Below, one piece after another: positions 36,046 through 48,059 of a stretch of DNA of 64,000 bases. Source of the stretch: Dudresnaya verticillata (lineage: Eukaryota); NCBI GenBank assembly GCA_977862235.1, contig OZ374559.1, positions 1,116,001-1,180,000 on the forward strand. Direction: 5' to 3'. The notes under the pieces were generated by a model. It was not told the origin of the DNA. It saw nothing but the letters and a program-made list of their open reading frames with translations, and made no database searches. Made by a program: the position numbers and the translations under genes. The number at the start of each line of letters is the position of its first letter. Position 1 is the first letter of the stretch.

Positions 36046-38906
36046 GTTGTTCAGGCAACCAAGAAGCGGGCGTAAGTCCGCAGACGGGTTTCAGGTCTTC
36101 CAAGCGCTCGCTGAGCGGTATACTAGTAACGATGAACAAGTTGAACAGGATCGGGCGGGGGTGCGGTACCTGGATAATTATCCGGATAACACCCTGGCGC
36201 ACTGAAGCTGTTGAACGTGTTTAATTGCTGGCAGTTTGTACTGTCAACGCGACATGCGTCAATTGGATCGGCCTGCCTTCTCGACAGTAACAGATGGCGG
36301 AAGACTAGCACTGACAACTGACATTATGTCGCTCGGGAGCATCACCTGACGCGTCTAAGCGAGAATATTTCAATAGATTAAACTAAGCGCAATGTCTATG
36401 TTTTTCCTTCCGCTGCTGATGATGATTGATCAAGCTTCAATGCCGGTTCATGACATGGTGAGGTGAAAGCAAAGCTGGTGAATGAAAAGGAAATGGTTAC
36501 TTTATTCGCTAATGCAGTAATCACATCGAAACAATGACTAGTCGAAGGAGGAGCAAGTGCCTGCAGAAGAGTATCAGATAAGGGCGTAGCGCCTCTGAAA
36601 TGGTAAAGATGTAGACTAACGAAAGAAAGGACCTGAAGTGAATGAACACAGGGAGGGGATGACTGCTGTACCCGACGACTGTAGCAGCGTTGTGGCATCC
36701 ACCCACGACTGAGGTGCAACCCAGAACTGTCAGGGCAAGTCTTCAGCGTAGAAATTCATACTGCGTCCGAAAGATACCGTTTTCGGAGCGCTTGTACTGT
36801 ATTCTTGCAACCCAGCAGCTCTGATTTGAGGACATTCGGCCGGCTCGCTACTCTTAGCATGACTTTTCCAGCGTGTAGAGCGAAAGGTACACAATCTGAA
36901 CATCAGGTTGTTGAGTATGCTTCTCACATCAACGGGCACACGTCTAACAGGTTGTCGCAGAGGCGGACAAGCACAGCCCTCCCCCCTCCCGTGTGCACTT
37001 TCTCCATTTGCGACACGCAAGGGGATGCCGCTTCTGATGATATAGGCACACAGTATTTTAGGCAAAAAGACGCACTACGTGACACGGTGCTGACCAATCA
37101 CGCGGCAATTTCAGCGCGCCAAACTATTTCTGATTGAAAGCAATAACGCACGCGTGAGGCTCACGCCTTCGGGGGGAAATCGGGTTCTTTTGGAAACCGC
37201 ACGTTTAGGATGGAAGAAGGTCCTCAGCAAAGAAATCCTCTCGTTGCAATTCCTGTGGCCTTCGGGCTTGGCCCTTGACACACCGTTACACGGCAGTCAA
37301 CACGAAGGGCCCCGTCCCAATAGAGATAGCTCCTGTAATTGAGCCCCGGGCGTCATGTGCACAACTGCGATTCATTTTGTTTTCAGGTCATCTCCTGGCG
37401 ATTACAACATCACAGGCGCTATACCAACCCTGCTGTGTTGCTCCCCCGAAAATGATTTAACCTGCTGAAAGGTCCTCTCTCTAATGAGGCTGGACAAACA
37501 CCTCATACCTTCCTGCCTACGATCGACGCTACCTCGTTTTGACAGATTGTCCGCAGCGTTTCAAAGTGCTTTGTGTCATCTTATGTCGCGCCGACCGTTT
37601 GGTGAGATTCGCGTCAGCAATGGTATTCCTTAGGTTTCCTTAGTTCTCGAAGATTCACATCCCCCAACACGCAGATTGTCTCCTCCAAACCCCAGTCGGG
37701 GTTTTGCTTCGCTGGAGCAGATTGGCAAGGAAAATATCTCGCCTGTCCGAAGCCGCTTCTTGTCTTCCTGCTGACCTGGGTGTCGCATCACCCTATCTAT
37801 CTTATTCAAACTGCAAGCGTTGCAAAATCCATCTACAATAGAGTTGGGTTCTAGTTGCTGTGCGGACCTTTGCGTGTCCCTTCCCTGTATGCTCGTGCAA
37901 CTCGATTTTTTTTACCTCCCTTCTCCCTGTGTTGCGCATACAGGATCACAACCTGCTGAGATACTCTATCTCCCACTCACAAATGTTTTACATATCCAAA
38001 CGCCTTCCACTTCTAACTGTCCATTCTCCATGTCACTATTGTCACAACTGTGCCCACGAACCTCTAATGATATGTCTGTTCTTTCCGTTCTACACTTCCT
38101 CTCCGCAGTTCGTACTTTCTGTAAAGCAAAACCTCCATGGCATGCAAGCATGACTTTGATATACTTACAAACCATGCAGAGCTCTTGATAGTGCACAAAC
38201 ACAGTCACGTATGAATATCAACAGACATTTCTCCACATTTGAACCTGTCTCCTTTGCTGGTTGTAAATAATACCCTAGCCTAGATGTGGACAACAATCAT
38301 TGCAAAGGCATACGACAGGCTCGTACTGCAATGCAGAAATTATCTCTATCGTTCGCGATCATCCCCCGCCTTGTAGAATCTCCTCATGCTTGAAACACTG
38401 TTGTTCCATGCCCGTGCAAGATGGACCCAATGTAACTTCATCCCATCCGATTTCGCGCAGACATTTCTTCAAGACCAATCTACATCACGCGATCCTTCAA
38501 GAAGTGCCATCAACCGCCATGTACCAACACAACGAACCGTAACATCTCGTTTTTATCGATTTGACCGATCACATCCGGCGATACCATCTACAACCATGCT
38601 CATTCCATCTCCTGTTGCATCTTTGCATCATTTCTCAAACAGCACCATGCATCCTTCCAAATACCCTGGCAACTTTCAGTCAATAACCCGCAATACGGCT
38701 TTAGAGACCCATAGCAACTTTTGTTAGAATACACCTACAGGAACGAAACAGGGGCCCTGCTATGGACAAAATCTCAGGGCTTGGGGCACAGGTGCATCAG
38801 CATGTGTTCTAGCCCGCCATAGCTGTGACTTGCGTGTCAATCCCGCTTTGCACACTCGGCATTGCAATTGAATCTTCCAAGAGCTTTTGAACACGCCTTC
38901 AGTTCC

Positions 38907-38913
38907 CTATATA
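38907..38913 (+). promoter_or_regulatory. Probable TATA box
   Basis: CCCTATATAAG ~130 bp upstream of ATG 39038; the paralog at 54108 has a similar TATATAAA at ~53924. Confidence 0.5.
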
Positions 38914-39037
38914 AGCCCCACAACTTCCTCAACGCAGGTCTCTACCACCAGTCACAAAAAGAAGCTTCTCAGGTCTAACATCAGCCTATACGAAGAAAAC
39001 AGCCATCCGCCCACTATTGTTCTACCCTAATCTAACC

Positions 39038-39838
39038 ATGATGTTCAGAAAGGCCTCCCTGTTCTTCATTCTGGTCCTCCTCACAGTTGTATACGCCGTG
39101 CCACAAGTCACGATCCACAGTGTCAAGGTTTTGCCCAACTCAGAGGTAGACATTGAGGATGGCACACTCCCGGTAGATGATGGCTCTGGTATCCAGATCG
39201 ATGGCCCCGATGATGATGACTCTGGCATCAAGGTTGTCGATCGCGCCCCACAGGAAGCGGCTATCTTCGCAGTGAAGAAGTCTGAGTCGGGCTATGCACG
39301 CACCACCAACGTGGGACTTACTGTCCAAAAGGGAACTTCTGGAACGATTCACTTTAAGATCCGTGCTAAGGCTGCCACGGTTGAGCAGATCGCATCGCTC
39401 TCGAAGAAGTTCGAGAAGTCGCTGACCAAGTCTGAGAAGAAGTCACTCAGGAAGCTCAAGAAGAAATACGATGGAGGATTCGATATCCCATGGCTGCACT
39501 CTCTAGGGATCAATCTCGACGAGGATGTGTCTGCAGTAGATATCGAGAAGGCCGCTGAGCAGCAGGTCCGCTACAACGAGAGAGCAACTATTGCGAAGCA
39601 GCTTCTGGAGGAGGTTACCGTCCAGAACATAGAGGTGTCAGGAACGCTAACAGCGGAAGGGGTTAGTTTCATCCCAACGACCGTCTTCTCGTTCATCAAG
39701 ATTGCTCGAGTGCAGTTTGTTGATGATAGTAAGCTGACGGTTATCTCAAAGCATCTCGGTAACTTGGCCGCAGGTACCAAGGATGGTAGCACGACTTTGC
39801 CGACACGTGATGGGGAAATTAAGATCCTTAACCTATAG
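39038..39838 (+). CDS. Secreted protein of unknown function, paralog 1 (266 aa)
   Basis: Intact intronless ORF; signal peptide; acidic insert; shares SGYARTTNVGLTVQKGTSGT and PTTV.SFIK with 54108 and 57790. Confidence 0.9.
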   Translation: MMFRKASLFFILVLLTVVYAVPQVTIHSVKVLPNSEVDIEDGTLPVDDGSGIQIDGPDDDDSGIKVVDRAPQEAAIFAVKKSESGYARTTNVGLTVQKGTSGTIHFKIRAKAATVEQIASLSKKFEKSLTKSEKKSLRKLKKKYDGGFDIPWLHSLGINLDEDVSAVDIEKAAEQQVRYNERATIAKQLLEEVTVQNIEVSGTLTAEGVSFIPTTVFSFIKIARVQFVDDSKLTVISKHLGNLAAGTKDGSTTLPTRDGEIKILNL

Positions 39839-40304
39839 ATAATGATGTAGGTTCTCCGTTACATGATTCATTGCATCTTGTAGGTACTGATTTACATGGA
39901 TAATGGAGCTATTTCGAATACACGATGACCGCTGTTGACAAATTTAGCCTTTTCCGCCGTTTGCAATCTATGCAGGACTATGCAGGATGCCGATGCAGGG
40001 CACTCTCATCATAGTAAGCAATTTAGAAAACATTGTGGAGACCACACCTGGATAGCAAAGGCGTAGTGGTTGATTTGAAGTGAAATGGGAACCCCGCACC
40101 TTTGCATGTGTAACATGTGCAGCAGCAGTTAAAATTAGCAATCGATCAGAGCGAATATGGGCCTTTATGGAGAAGCTACCATGAATCAAGCCCACATGCC
40201 CGAATGGGTGAAAACCGAAGGTACAACACAACAGAATGATTGGCACGACGACTGCGACCTTAAGACGATAGGAGAGCAGGACAGAGGAATACGTAGAACG
40301 TGGG

Positions 40305-40560
40305 GAGACATCACTTTAACCAAGTAGAACGGAGAACGTGTACGTTTGTTGACCCGAAGAGAAAGCTTTCCAGAGGAAGAGAATGACCGAAGCCGTGTTA
40401 TAGTTGGTGATTTTATTGAAAGGATAGATCAATATATGGATAGACTGAACAGTGCGGTAGTAGGATAGTTGCACTCTAGAAATTTTCAATAGAATTGCAT
40501 GCTCAAAGAAAAAGATCGTAACTCTCGACGGATTCATTGGAATATCAACTATTGTTTTCC
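40305..40560 (-). mobile_element. Decayed CRE/RLE-type 3' end
   Basis: LSLRVNKR-like terminus and TTGGTTAAAGTGATG tail shared with the 34956-35203 copy; no clear TSD. Confidence 0.45.
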
Positions 40561-41065
40561 GGTGCGGTGGTAGGCCTCGGCATGAAATTTCCTTGTACTA
40601 GGGCATAGCGAGAGCTACAAACTCCAATCTCAGAGCTTCGGAAGAAGGGAGAGATAAGCTCAAGGGCGAAATTGTTTATCTATGGAGAATGATATGGTTC
40701 AAAAGAAAGCTTCTTAAGGACCACCTCCCGACACAAACTTTTCGTTTATTACATGCAAGCTATTTGTGAAAAATCGTTTAGCGACAAGAACCTAGAGTTT
40801 CCGGATATATGACGATACAGCAAGAGGATACGACGGTAAGTCCAAATTTGACACTGGAAAACGAGACCGTTGAGAGTGCCTACTGTAACGGCATTGAGCT
40901 CCGGAAAAAACGGATCGTCCTATTGCTCCCCTGCGTTCCGGCCCCAATTTGGGGCCGCTCCCCAAGAGGTAGACCCGGTTCACACACAGCACCTTCTCTC
41001 CGGCATATGGGAGAGTCTCAACACGATTGCGAACAGAGCACAGCTTCAAGAATAGTCATATCACC

Positions 41066-42048
41066 CCTCCGTGCAAGTTGACAACAATGAACTGCATGAA
41101 ATATTCCTTTCCCAACGTACCGCCAGATTGATCCCTCTGAACCGATGGGACTGTCGCACCCTTGCGATGTTTCCCCCCCTTGCGCTATCACTGCACTACA
41201 ACACCGCATCAGAACACGTAGAAAACTGAATATTCGCAGCTCTTTAGAACCTCCTTCTTTGCCTTCGGTCAGGACATCACACTACGGTCTGCTCGACGGC
41301 ACGATACGCCGTCATGCCCATCTTCGGGATCGCTTAAGCGTTTTTATTTCAGACTATCGCTCGCCCATATGGAGTGCGCGTTGAAGTTGAACATTGTTTC
41401 AACTACTCGGATGAGCATGGTCCTCGTAGCTCTGTCCCCAATGCTGCCCGAACACGTGCTGAACGCACACATGATGAGCGTCAAACTTCTTCTGGTGGAC
41501 TCCAACATCCTGTTGATCCACATGACCAGCTGCCTATGGATATTTTCGTTGATGCTTGTGGCTTTGCCCCGCAGCCCCATGGCTTTGATGTCTCGGTCGT
41601 CAGTCCCCATTTTATCCATGGCTCCACTGGTCGCGTTGCAGGCCAAGCAATTGCAGCACGCGAACGCGTCAAACGCTCTCATTACCGCCGTGTGTGTGCC
41701 AGTTTGGATATGGTCCTCCATCCTATGGTTGTAGATGTCTATGGCCGTGTTGGATCCGGTTTTGAAGTTGGCGCCCAATGCATTCCTCATTTCATTGCCA
41801 GCAAGCGCGTGATCTCTCCGTCTACAGAGAAACCCCGCCTCACTACTCGTTTACTCTCTTTAGTTCTTCAATGCGTCACGGTGAGTGTCAATCGCTGCAA
41901 GCTAGCTCCTCCACCTCTTCATGGTAGCTCTGATTCCTAAGCCCCCGTTAAGGGGCTTCTCTCTTGTTCTCTAGTAAAGGTCTCTCTATTTAGATCTACC
42001 CCTTAAGGGGCTTCTATCTTCTTCGTCAGTAAAGGTCTCTCTCTCTTT
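41066..42048 (+). mobile_element. 5'-truncated CRE-clade non-LTR retrotransposon with restriction-like endonuclease domain and doubled 3' tail
   Basis: RRHAHLRD; MDIFVD...FDVSVVSP...RERVKRSHY..C...HPMVVDVYGRVG (PD-(D/E)xK RLE pattern); two CCCTTAAGGGG...TAAAGGTCTCTCT tails; possible TSD ATATCACC (41058-65 / 42049-56). Confidence 0.85.
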
Positions 42049-42671
42049 ATATCACCGCCTTTGGAGAGAGTGAGAATATTATTGCTATTGTCTTCATAAA
42101 GTTGGTACCATTGGCCATGCCCTTGAAAATTTCCAATGTAATGTCCGCCTCCACGCGCTTACAATACCGCTCGCTTAAGCCCGCAATCTGCAATCTGCGA
42201 TGTGCAACAACAGGGCATAGCACAAAGTTTTATGCTACAATGCGTGATGCAGAACAAATTTAAGATTCATCCTGCCGGGCTCGAAAACCGACCCGGTGGG
42301 TACCGCCTCGAGGACTGTGTGCAGTGGTGAGCTTCATCACTGTCGTACTCCCGCCTCCACATCAGTCCGTACCGACCTTGCGGGATCGAACTGTATCAAC
42401 GAACCGTATATACAGTCTTTCTGTATTGGGTGTGAATTCCATCTTACAGTCGGGGGTGAGAGAACGACTGTTGCAAAAACGACCTCCCGCGGTGAGACCC
42501 ACGTTCGTGCCTGCTACGTCAGCGCTGCGATTGCTGCCTCGCTCGCACTCCATTTCGCCGATCCAGTCCCGAGTACATAAGCCCCTTGCGGCATCCAGCC
42601 CGAGCCCTGTGCAATTGCAGTCTTCTACTCATCGTTTCCACAACCCCAATAACTGAACCCCCTTCCTCACA

Positions 42672-43721
42672 ATGGCGACCTTTCGAGCCCCACCTCCCAT
42701 TCAAGTCCTCATCCTCTCCCTTGTCTTGGCATCTCACCTCGTTGCATGCAATCTGGTGATCTACGAATCGGGCCGCGGCGGCAAAGTCGGGCCGACCCTG
42801 ACAGACGGCCTAACATTCTGTGTAAAGGACTTCACCAACCGCTTCATAAATGTGCGGTGCACAGCCCCGCCGGATGCAACCTCGGCCACCTTCTTCGTCG
42901 ACAACGTCTTGGAGTCACGCGAGCTGGCCAAGCCTTTCTTCCTCAAGGGCGACCGTTCCAACGGTGCTGTGAAGCCTTGGCGGGGACTGCCATCCGAGGT
43001 TTCGATCCGCTGTGTCTTGAACGACGGTACAACCTACTCCGCTCGCGTCAAATTCGCATGCGGCCTCCCTGCCGCGCAGCCCACACCGTCGCCCACGACC
43101 TCTCAGATACCGCCGGTCGCGAAGCCTACCCCAATGGATCCGATAGACGTCGGTATCGCACCATCGCCGGGTGTTTCCACGCCAGACACAGGGACGTGCG
43201 TGTTGATCGACGCGAAGTCATCATCCCTTTCGCTGGGGTGGAAGTTGACGGACTCTGGGGTGGTGTACAGGAAGGGAGTGAAGTCGCGACGCACTACGAG
43301 GGCGGGGGTGGCGCCGCTGCACTACGGGTTTATGGCGCCTGCGACGTCGAGGTATGCGTTCATTGTGGAGATGACGACTGCGCAGAAGACGGAGCACAAT
43401 GACGTGTGGGCGGAGGTTGCGGGTGGATTCTCGTTGATGCGGAATGGGGAGGTGAAAAGCCGGCAGGCGACTCGCGGGTTTATTAAGGTGTACCAGAACT
43501 CAAAGAAGCGGAAGGCGGTTTCTAGCTCGGTGGACAAGAATCCTCATTCGATTTCTACGTTCAGCACGTTGGAGAAGGGGAAGACGTATGACGTGACATT
43601 GTCGGGGCGGAGCTCGAGGGTTGTTGTGCATAGAATAATCATGTTCCCGTGTGCGGGTAAGTCTTGTGATCGAAAGTCGAGCGGATGGAAGAACAAACTG
43701 GAGGAATGCTTGGAGTTGTAA
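42672..43721 (+). CDS. Secreted two-domain protein with Pro/Thr linker (349 aa), possibly carbohydrate-binding or extracellular matrix
   Basis: Intact intronless ORF; signal peptide; Cys-containing beta-rich N-domain; PTPSPT linker; C-domain with EHNDVW, KVYQN, LSGRS. Confidence 0.88.
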   Translation: MATFRAPPPIQVLILSLVLASHLVACNLVIYESGRGGKVGPTLTDGLTFCVKDFTNRFINVRCTAPPDATSATFFVDNVLESRELAKPFFLKGDRSNGAVKPWRGLPSEVSIRCVLNDGTTYSARVKFACGLPAAQPTPSPTTSQIPPVAKPTPMDPIDVGIAPSPGVSTPDTGTCVLIDAKSSSLSLGWKLTDSGVVYRKGVKSRRTTRAGVAPLHYGFMAPATSRYAFIVEMTTAQKTEHNDVWAEVAGGFSLMRNGEVKSRQATRGFIKVYQNSKKRKAVSSSVDKNPHSISTFSTLEKGKTYDVTLSGRSSRVVVHRIIMFPCAGKSCDRKSSGWKNKLEECLEL

Positions 43722-44720
43722 CTTGGGGTTGTGGAGCGGGTAAGGCACTTTACTAGTTTTGAAGATGCAAACTGAACTAATACAAAAAAGGCAGATAGCT
43801 TCTACTGATGAGTTAGCTTTTCTCCTTCCTTCTGTTGTTTGCTGCAATGCAGCCCCCATTGAATCGTTTCGGTAATAGAAGGTTATGGGTTTGAAACGGG
43901 TGTAAACCTCGTAGCTAGATTTCAATACTGCGCACTGCGGGGGAAATCGAGGATTACTCCTCTAACGCAGGCTTCCTTGGTTGCGAAGATGCGAGAAATA
44001 TCTAGGAGTTCTAGATAGAACTTTACACATATCTCAGACAATGCCTTTGCGTCACACGAATGCGTTGAGATACTTTCGTCGAACGGATGGTGGGTTGTCG
44101 TTCTAAGTGAAAATATCTTTTTAAATATATCTGTTCGCGCGAGACTTATAGAGTACAGCAGGCGTAGCGTGGACAAAGTCAGCATGGTACACTGCAGCAG
44201 GGCAATAGTGTAGTTGGCTTCCCTGAGGGAAAACTCGGTCACAAGCTACACGTTGGTGTAAAAGGATGAGCTACACTAGAATACTCGTGGTTCCAGCTAT
44301 GAGGTGACAACTTCTACTTATTCACTGCTACAACGGTTCCCATTCAAGTGCAGTAGTTGAAGAAGACGGTTTTGCCGCTTCGGGATTTTTCGAGCGCGTG
44401 GGAACTTCTTTACCCCGGCTAGCCGCAGCACAAATCCAAAGACCCATTATGCCCCATCACCTTCTTTATGAGCGCATGTGACTTATTTGCCACTTCGCTA
44501 CTGATGCTGACCACGCGATATCCGTACAGCGGGCACACTCGCGGGGATCAGCGTCTAGGTCGGCCGCATTTAACACATAGCTATTCGATAGTTGCAGCAT
44601 ATGCTCACGAACCATGACGTGAGAAACAATGTTTACCTCAAAGTTCGTTGCCGATGGACAAGGACGCCCCTACAGCCAAAATGCAAAAGAATAAACTTAA
44701 AAATACGTGCTAGTTCTTCA

Positions 44721-44745
44721 TCATCATCATCACAACTTTATTGAA
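44721..44745 (-). mobile_element. 25-bp retroposed (TGA)n tail with 12-bp TSD GCTAGTTCTTCA
   Basis: TSD at 44709-20 and 44746-57; insert is rc of TTCAATAAAGTTGTGATGATGATGA, identical to the tail at ~36017-36041. Confidence 0.9.
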
Positions 44746-44768
44746 GCTAGTTCTTCACTGCTGGCGAT

Positions 44769-45333
44769 GCCGCCTCCGACAACTCTCCTATTCCACCACC
44801 ACGAAAGTGTCCTGGGCTGCGTCATCAGTGCTCCACGTCGTCAAGGTCTCAGGAATTGCTGGCCTGCGGAGTGCGATCCTCTCCCCACAAACGCTCCCCG
44901 ACGTCACCGCGCTCAAATTGCAGCCTGGACCCGCGTACTTGCTGGGACACGGCCGGTCGGTCGGCCCCTGTGTACGCTTCAACACACTTTGCGCCGACCC
45001 TACAATTGCAATGCACCGCACATCGAATTCTCGCCATACGATGGCATTGGGGACGTTCCCCATCCCTCTCCCCAACCTCGCAGTCGCCCACCGCGTCCGC
45101 CACCTACGACCCATCTTGAACCTACTGGCTCACCCAAACCCAACTCCCCACCTCCCTCGCACGCGTAAGCGCAGCAATTGAACAAATCCGTTGCACTGGC
45201 CTCCAACATTCTACATCCTCCGACGACCCCCCTCAAATCGATAGGGCCAGCTCTAGATGCGCAGTGTGTTTGCTAATAGGCCGTTGACGCCGAGGCAAGT
45301 GCATTCTAAACTTTGTTGAGTAAAATTTATCAC
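44769..45333 (+). mobile_element. 5'-truncated non-LTR retrotransposon (family 2), 13-bp TSD CACTGCTGGCGAT
   Basis: TSD at 44756-68 and 45334-46; homologous to 46057-46770 (FAPTLQ...HRILAIRWH). Confidence 0.85.
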
Positions 45334-46056
45334 CACTGCTGGCGATCGAAGAAAGGAAATGATCTAACTCCAGTCCAGGCATGTCCGAAGGAGGCAGAGC
45401 TACTTTCTTTCAACCCGTCAAGAATCAAAATAGGCAGGCAGTCTTTACTTTATTAAAAGCAGAAACACAAGTCCGTGATGGCCCTGCAAAGGGGTACGTC
45501 CTATTCCGACTTGGGGTAGCAAAGCGATTTCCAACAGCACGAGAGTCGAAAGGGCTTTGGCTGCTGGCGTTGATTTCCGAAGGGCTTGCAAATGCTTGTA
45601 GGGGAAATACTACCAATACGTAGGAGTCCTCCGTAACCAAACGCCAATGATCCGACGCTCAACCAGGCAAATAACGGGGAGGTTGAATTCAGCCCCTGAA
45701 TCAATTGCTGTAGCCATGGAACGAATGGTCTTGTTATTTCAGAGCGAAGAAAATGGCAATATACTTTTTATGGGACCGGGTTTTGAGTAGCGTCTGTGTT
45801 CGTCCTCGAGGAAGACCTTCTGGATGCTGTGGATTTTACGTAGAAGAGTTAACAAAGATGTGCTTAACTCCACCCCACCGAGCTAGGTGACGGATGTGCA
45901 GCGTTCTGATTCCCTGCATACTGTCGAGAAGATCTTTGCGGCTGCACTTCGTGTCGAACTACAGCTTTAACGGCTTGTATTTCGAGGCACGAAGAGGAGG
46001 TTTTATTTTCGAGCGATTCGAGAAGGTGCAACATGGATTGGACCACTGGTCCTGAA

Positions 46057-46770
46057 TCCATCTGCAGCAACTCGATTCCGTTGACGCCGCATTTTTCCGT
46101 GCCGTCTTTGCCCAACGCACGCCCCGCATGCCTCCCTCCCGGCTGCAAGAACTGCGGGCTCTTTATCGGTTACCGGACATGATCCGTCGTCGCTGCCACC
46201 TCCAACACTCCCTCGTCCGCACTCTACAGACAACTGCGCGTAATGGGAACCCCAAGACACGCTGGGCTGCTCGACAGGCCCTTGACGCCCTCGCACAATC
46301 TGCTGATTCGACCATGCGCTGCGCTACACTACATCCACGCCGTCCTTCACACCTTCAACTGGAACTATTGCAACACTAGCGATCCATACTGCAGCATGGT
46401 CGCCGACCAGCCCCAGTGTACAGCACTTCCCGCTTCGCACCTGCACTACAGTTCGAATCCGCCACACACCGCCTCCTTGCCGTCCGTTGGCATCTTGGGA
46501 CCTTCCCCATTCCTCCACGCTCCCCAACCACGGCCTCACGTGCCCGCGAATTGCGTCAGACATTTCACCTCCTTTCCCGCCCTGACTTGCCCCCCGCTTC
46601 GTTCACAACTTTGGGCGACACCATCGACGTCATCCGCCGCATCGGCTACAGCGCCCCCGATTCCAGCCTGCTACCCCCCTCTTTGTAGCACTCCACGTAG
46701 TGTGTTAGCTCATAGGCCACTGCTGCCGAAGCAGACGCACTCTAAATCAGGTTCAGTAAAATTATACAAT
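46057..46770 (+). mobile_element. 5'-truncated non-LTR retrotransposon (family 2), 13-bp TSD CACTGGTCCTGAA
   Basis: TSD at 46044-56 and 46771-83; C-terminal ORF remnant (FAPALQ...HRLLAVRWH...DSSLLPPSL*) and conserved 3' stem-loop. Confidence 0.85.
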
Positions 46771-47194
46771 CACTGGTCCTGAAAGCTGGGTTTTCTGCCG
46801 TCCAAATTCTCGTCGGGAAACGGCTCAGCACCCCCGCCCTCTTGAAAGCATCTGTTCCACTTCGTTGGGACGAAACCTTCAGGACCAGAATGCCCTCGTT
46901 TCCCTACTCCCGCCATTTTGCGGTACAGTCGCGCTTTTCTACAACCTGTGACGAGCGCAAAAGCCTCAACGTCGAAAACACAAGCTTCCGTTCGCAGAGC
47001 GCCTTCCGAAGAAACGTATGGACCCCTGTACCCGTCGCTAGGCTTCTCGGCGTTTTTGTATCCCGCCCTCCCGTCCCTGTGAGAACAGGTCGTTCTCTAC
47101 AATTTCTCCAATGTTCTTTAGAATCGTATTACGCGATTTTGTTCTTTATCTACGGTAGGCAAGTTTTCCAGTGATTGGGAATCGGCTCAAAAGG

Positions 47195-47395
47195 TAAACG
47201 TCACTTTACGAAAGCATAAAGCTAGAGCATCCCTACTGGATACTCGTAAGCACTACATAGGGGGCAACTCTGCAGGAGTCAAGCGGCGACGATTGACGCT
47301 GACGGCGACAAACTGCGTAACAAAGGAGACAAGACGATTCAAGAGAGCATGTTTCTCAGCAAGCGGCAAGTGCCTTTCTTTTCGGCAAGAAAGTT
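47195..47395 (-). mobile_element. 5'-truncated CRE/RLE-type 3' end, 11-bp TSD GGCTCAAAAGG
   Basis: PLAEKHALLNRLVSFVTQFVAVSVNRR...*; TAAAGTGA tail; TSD at 47184-94 and 47396-406. Confidence 0.85.
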
Positions 47396-48059
47396 GGCTC
47401 AAAAGGAGCCGTGGTTGTGCATGTGCATCTCCATGGTACATGGCGGACTGTCCCACCCTCTGAACGAGGCTGGCTACTTGCCAAAACTTCATCTATGACG
47501 AGTTCTGTTCAACTACGTTAGTGCAATTTTGTACTGTTCTGGCCTCCTAGGAGAGAGCGGAGAGGCATAATTGTCAATAATTAATTGCTGAGGCCGGACA
47601 TGGTTTGGAAACATTTTGAAGAGGATCCGTTCAAACGTGTATGGATGCGTTTTCGTAGGACGGTCACGAGTCCGCATTTCTCGCCTTTCCTTCTACAACA
47701 ACATCACAGGTTGCGAGCGCGTGGAAAATTTCCCGGGATCGAAATATTTGAACCGCATTGGTCGGTTCAGTGATACCCTTGCATCAAATTGTCCTCTCCC
47801 ATTGGCTAAAAAGGAAGCAAGGGGAACATCCATAGTGACATTCACTCGTCGGTCATCGTCCCTTTCGCTGCCACAGAATATTCCCGCCTCTTTCCCCTCG
47901 ATAAGCATTGATATACTTATGAACCACCAAGCTTGGACAGAGACCATCTTCTCTCTCGGCACCTCTATCCGCAACACTGCACTCAACAGTCAACTGTAAC
48001 AACCAATCCCCCGCTGTTCCCTCACGACAGCTATCAACCCGCTCCCATCTTCGACCACA

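Noticed and set aside
36200..38800. Short ORFs between the LINE relic and paralog 1
   Set aside because: No recognisable motifs, repeats or consistent reading frame; left unannotated.
46705..46735. Hammerhead ribozyme (CTCATA-GGC...GCC-GAAG)
   Set aside because: The core deviates from CUGANGA/GAAA in both copies and no third stem or cleavage triplet is evident. Kept only as a stem-loop.
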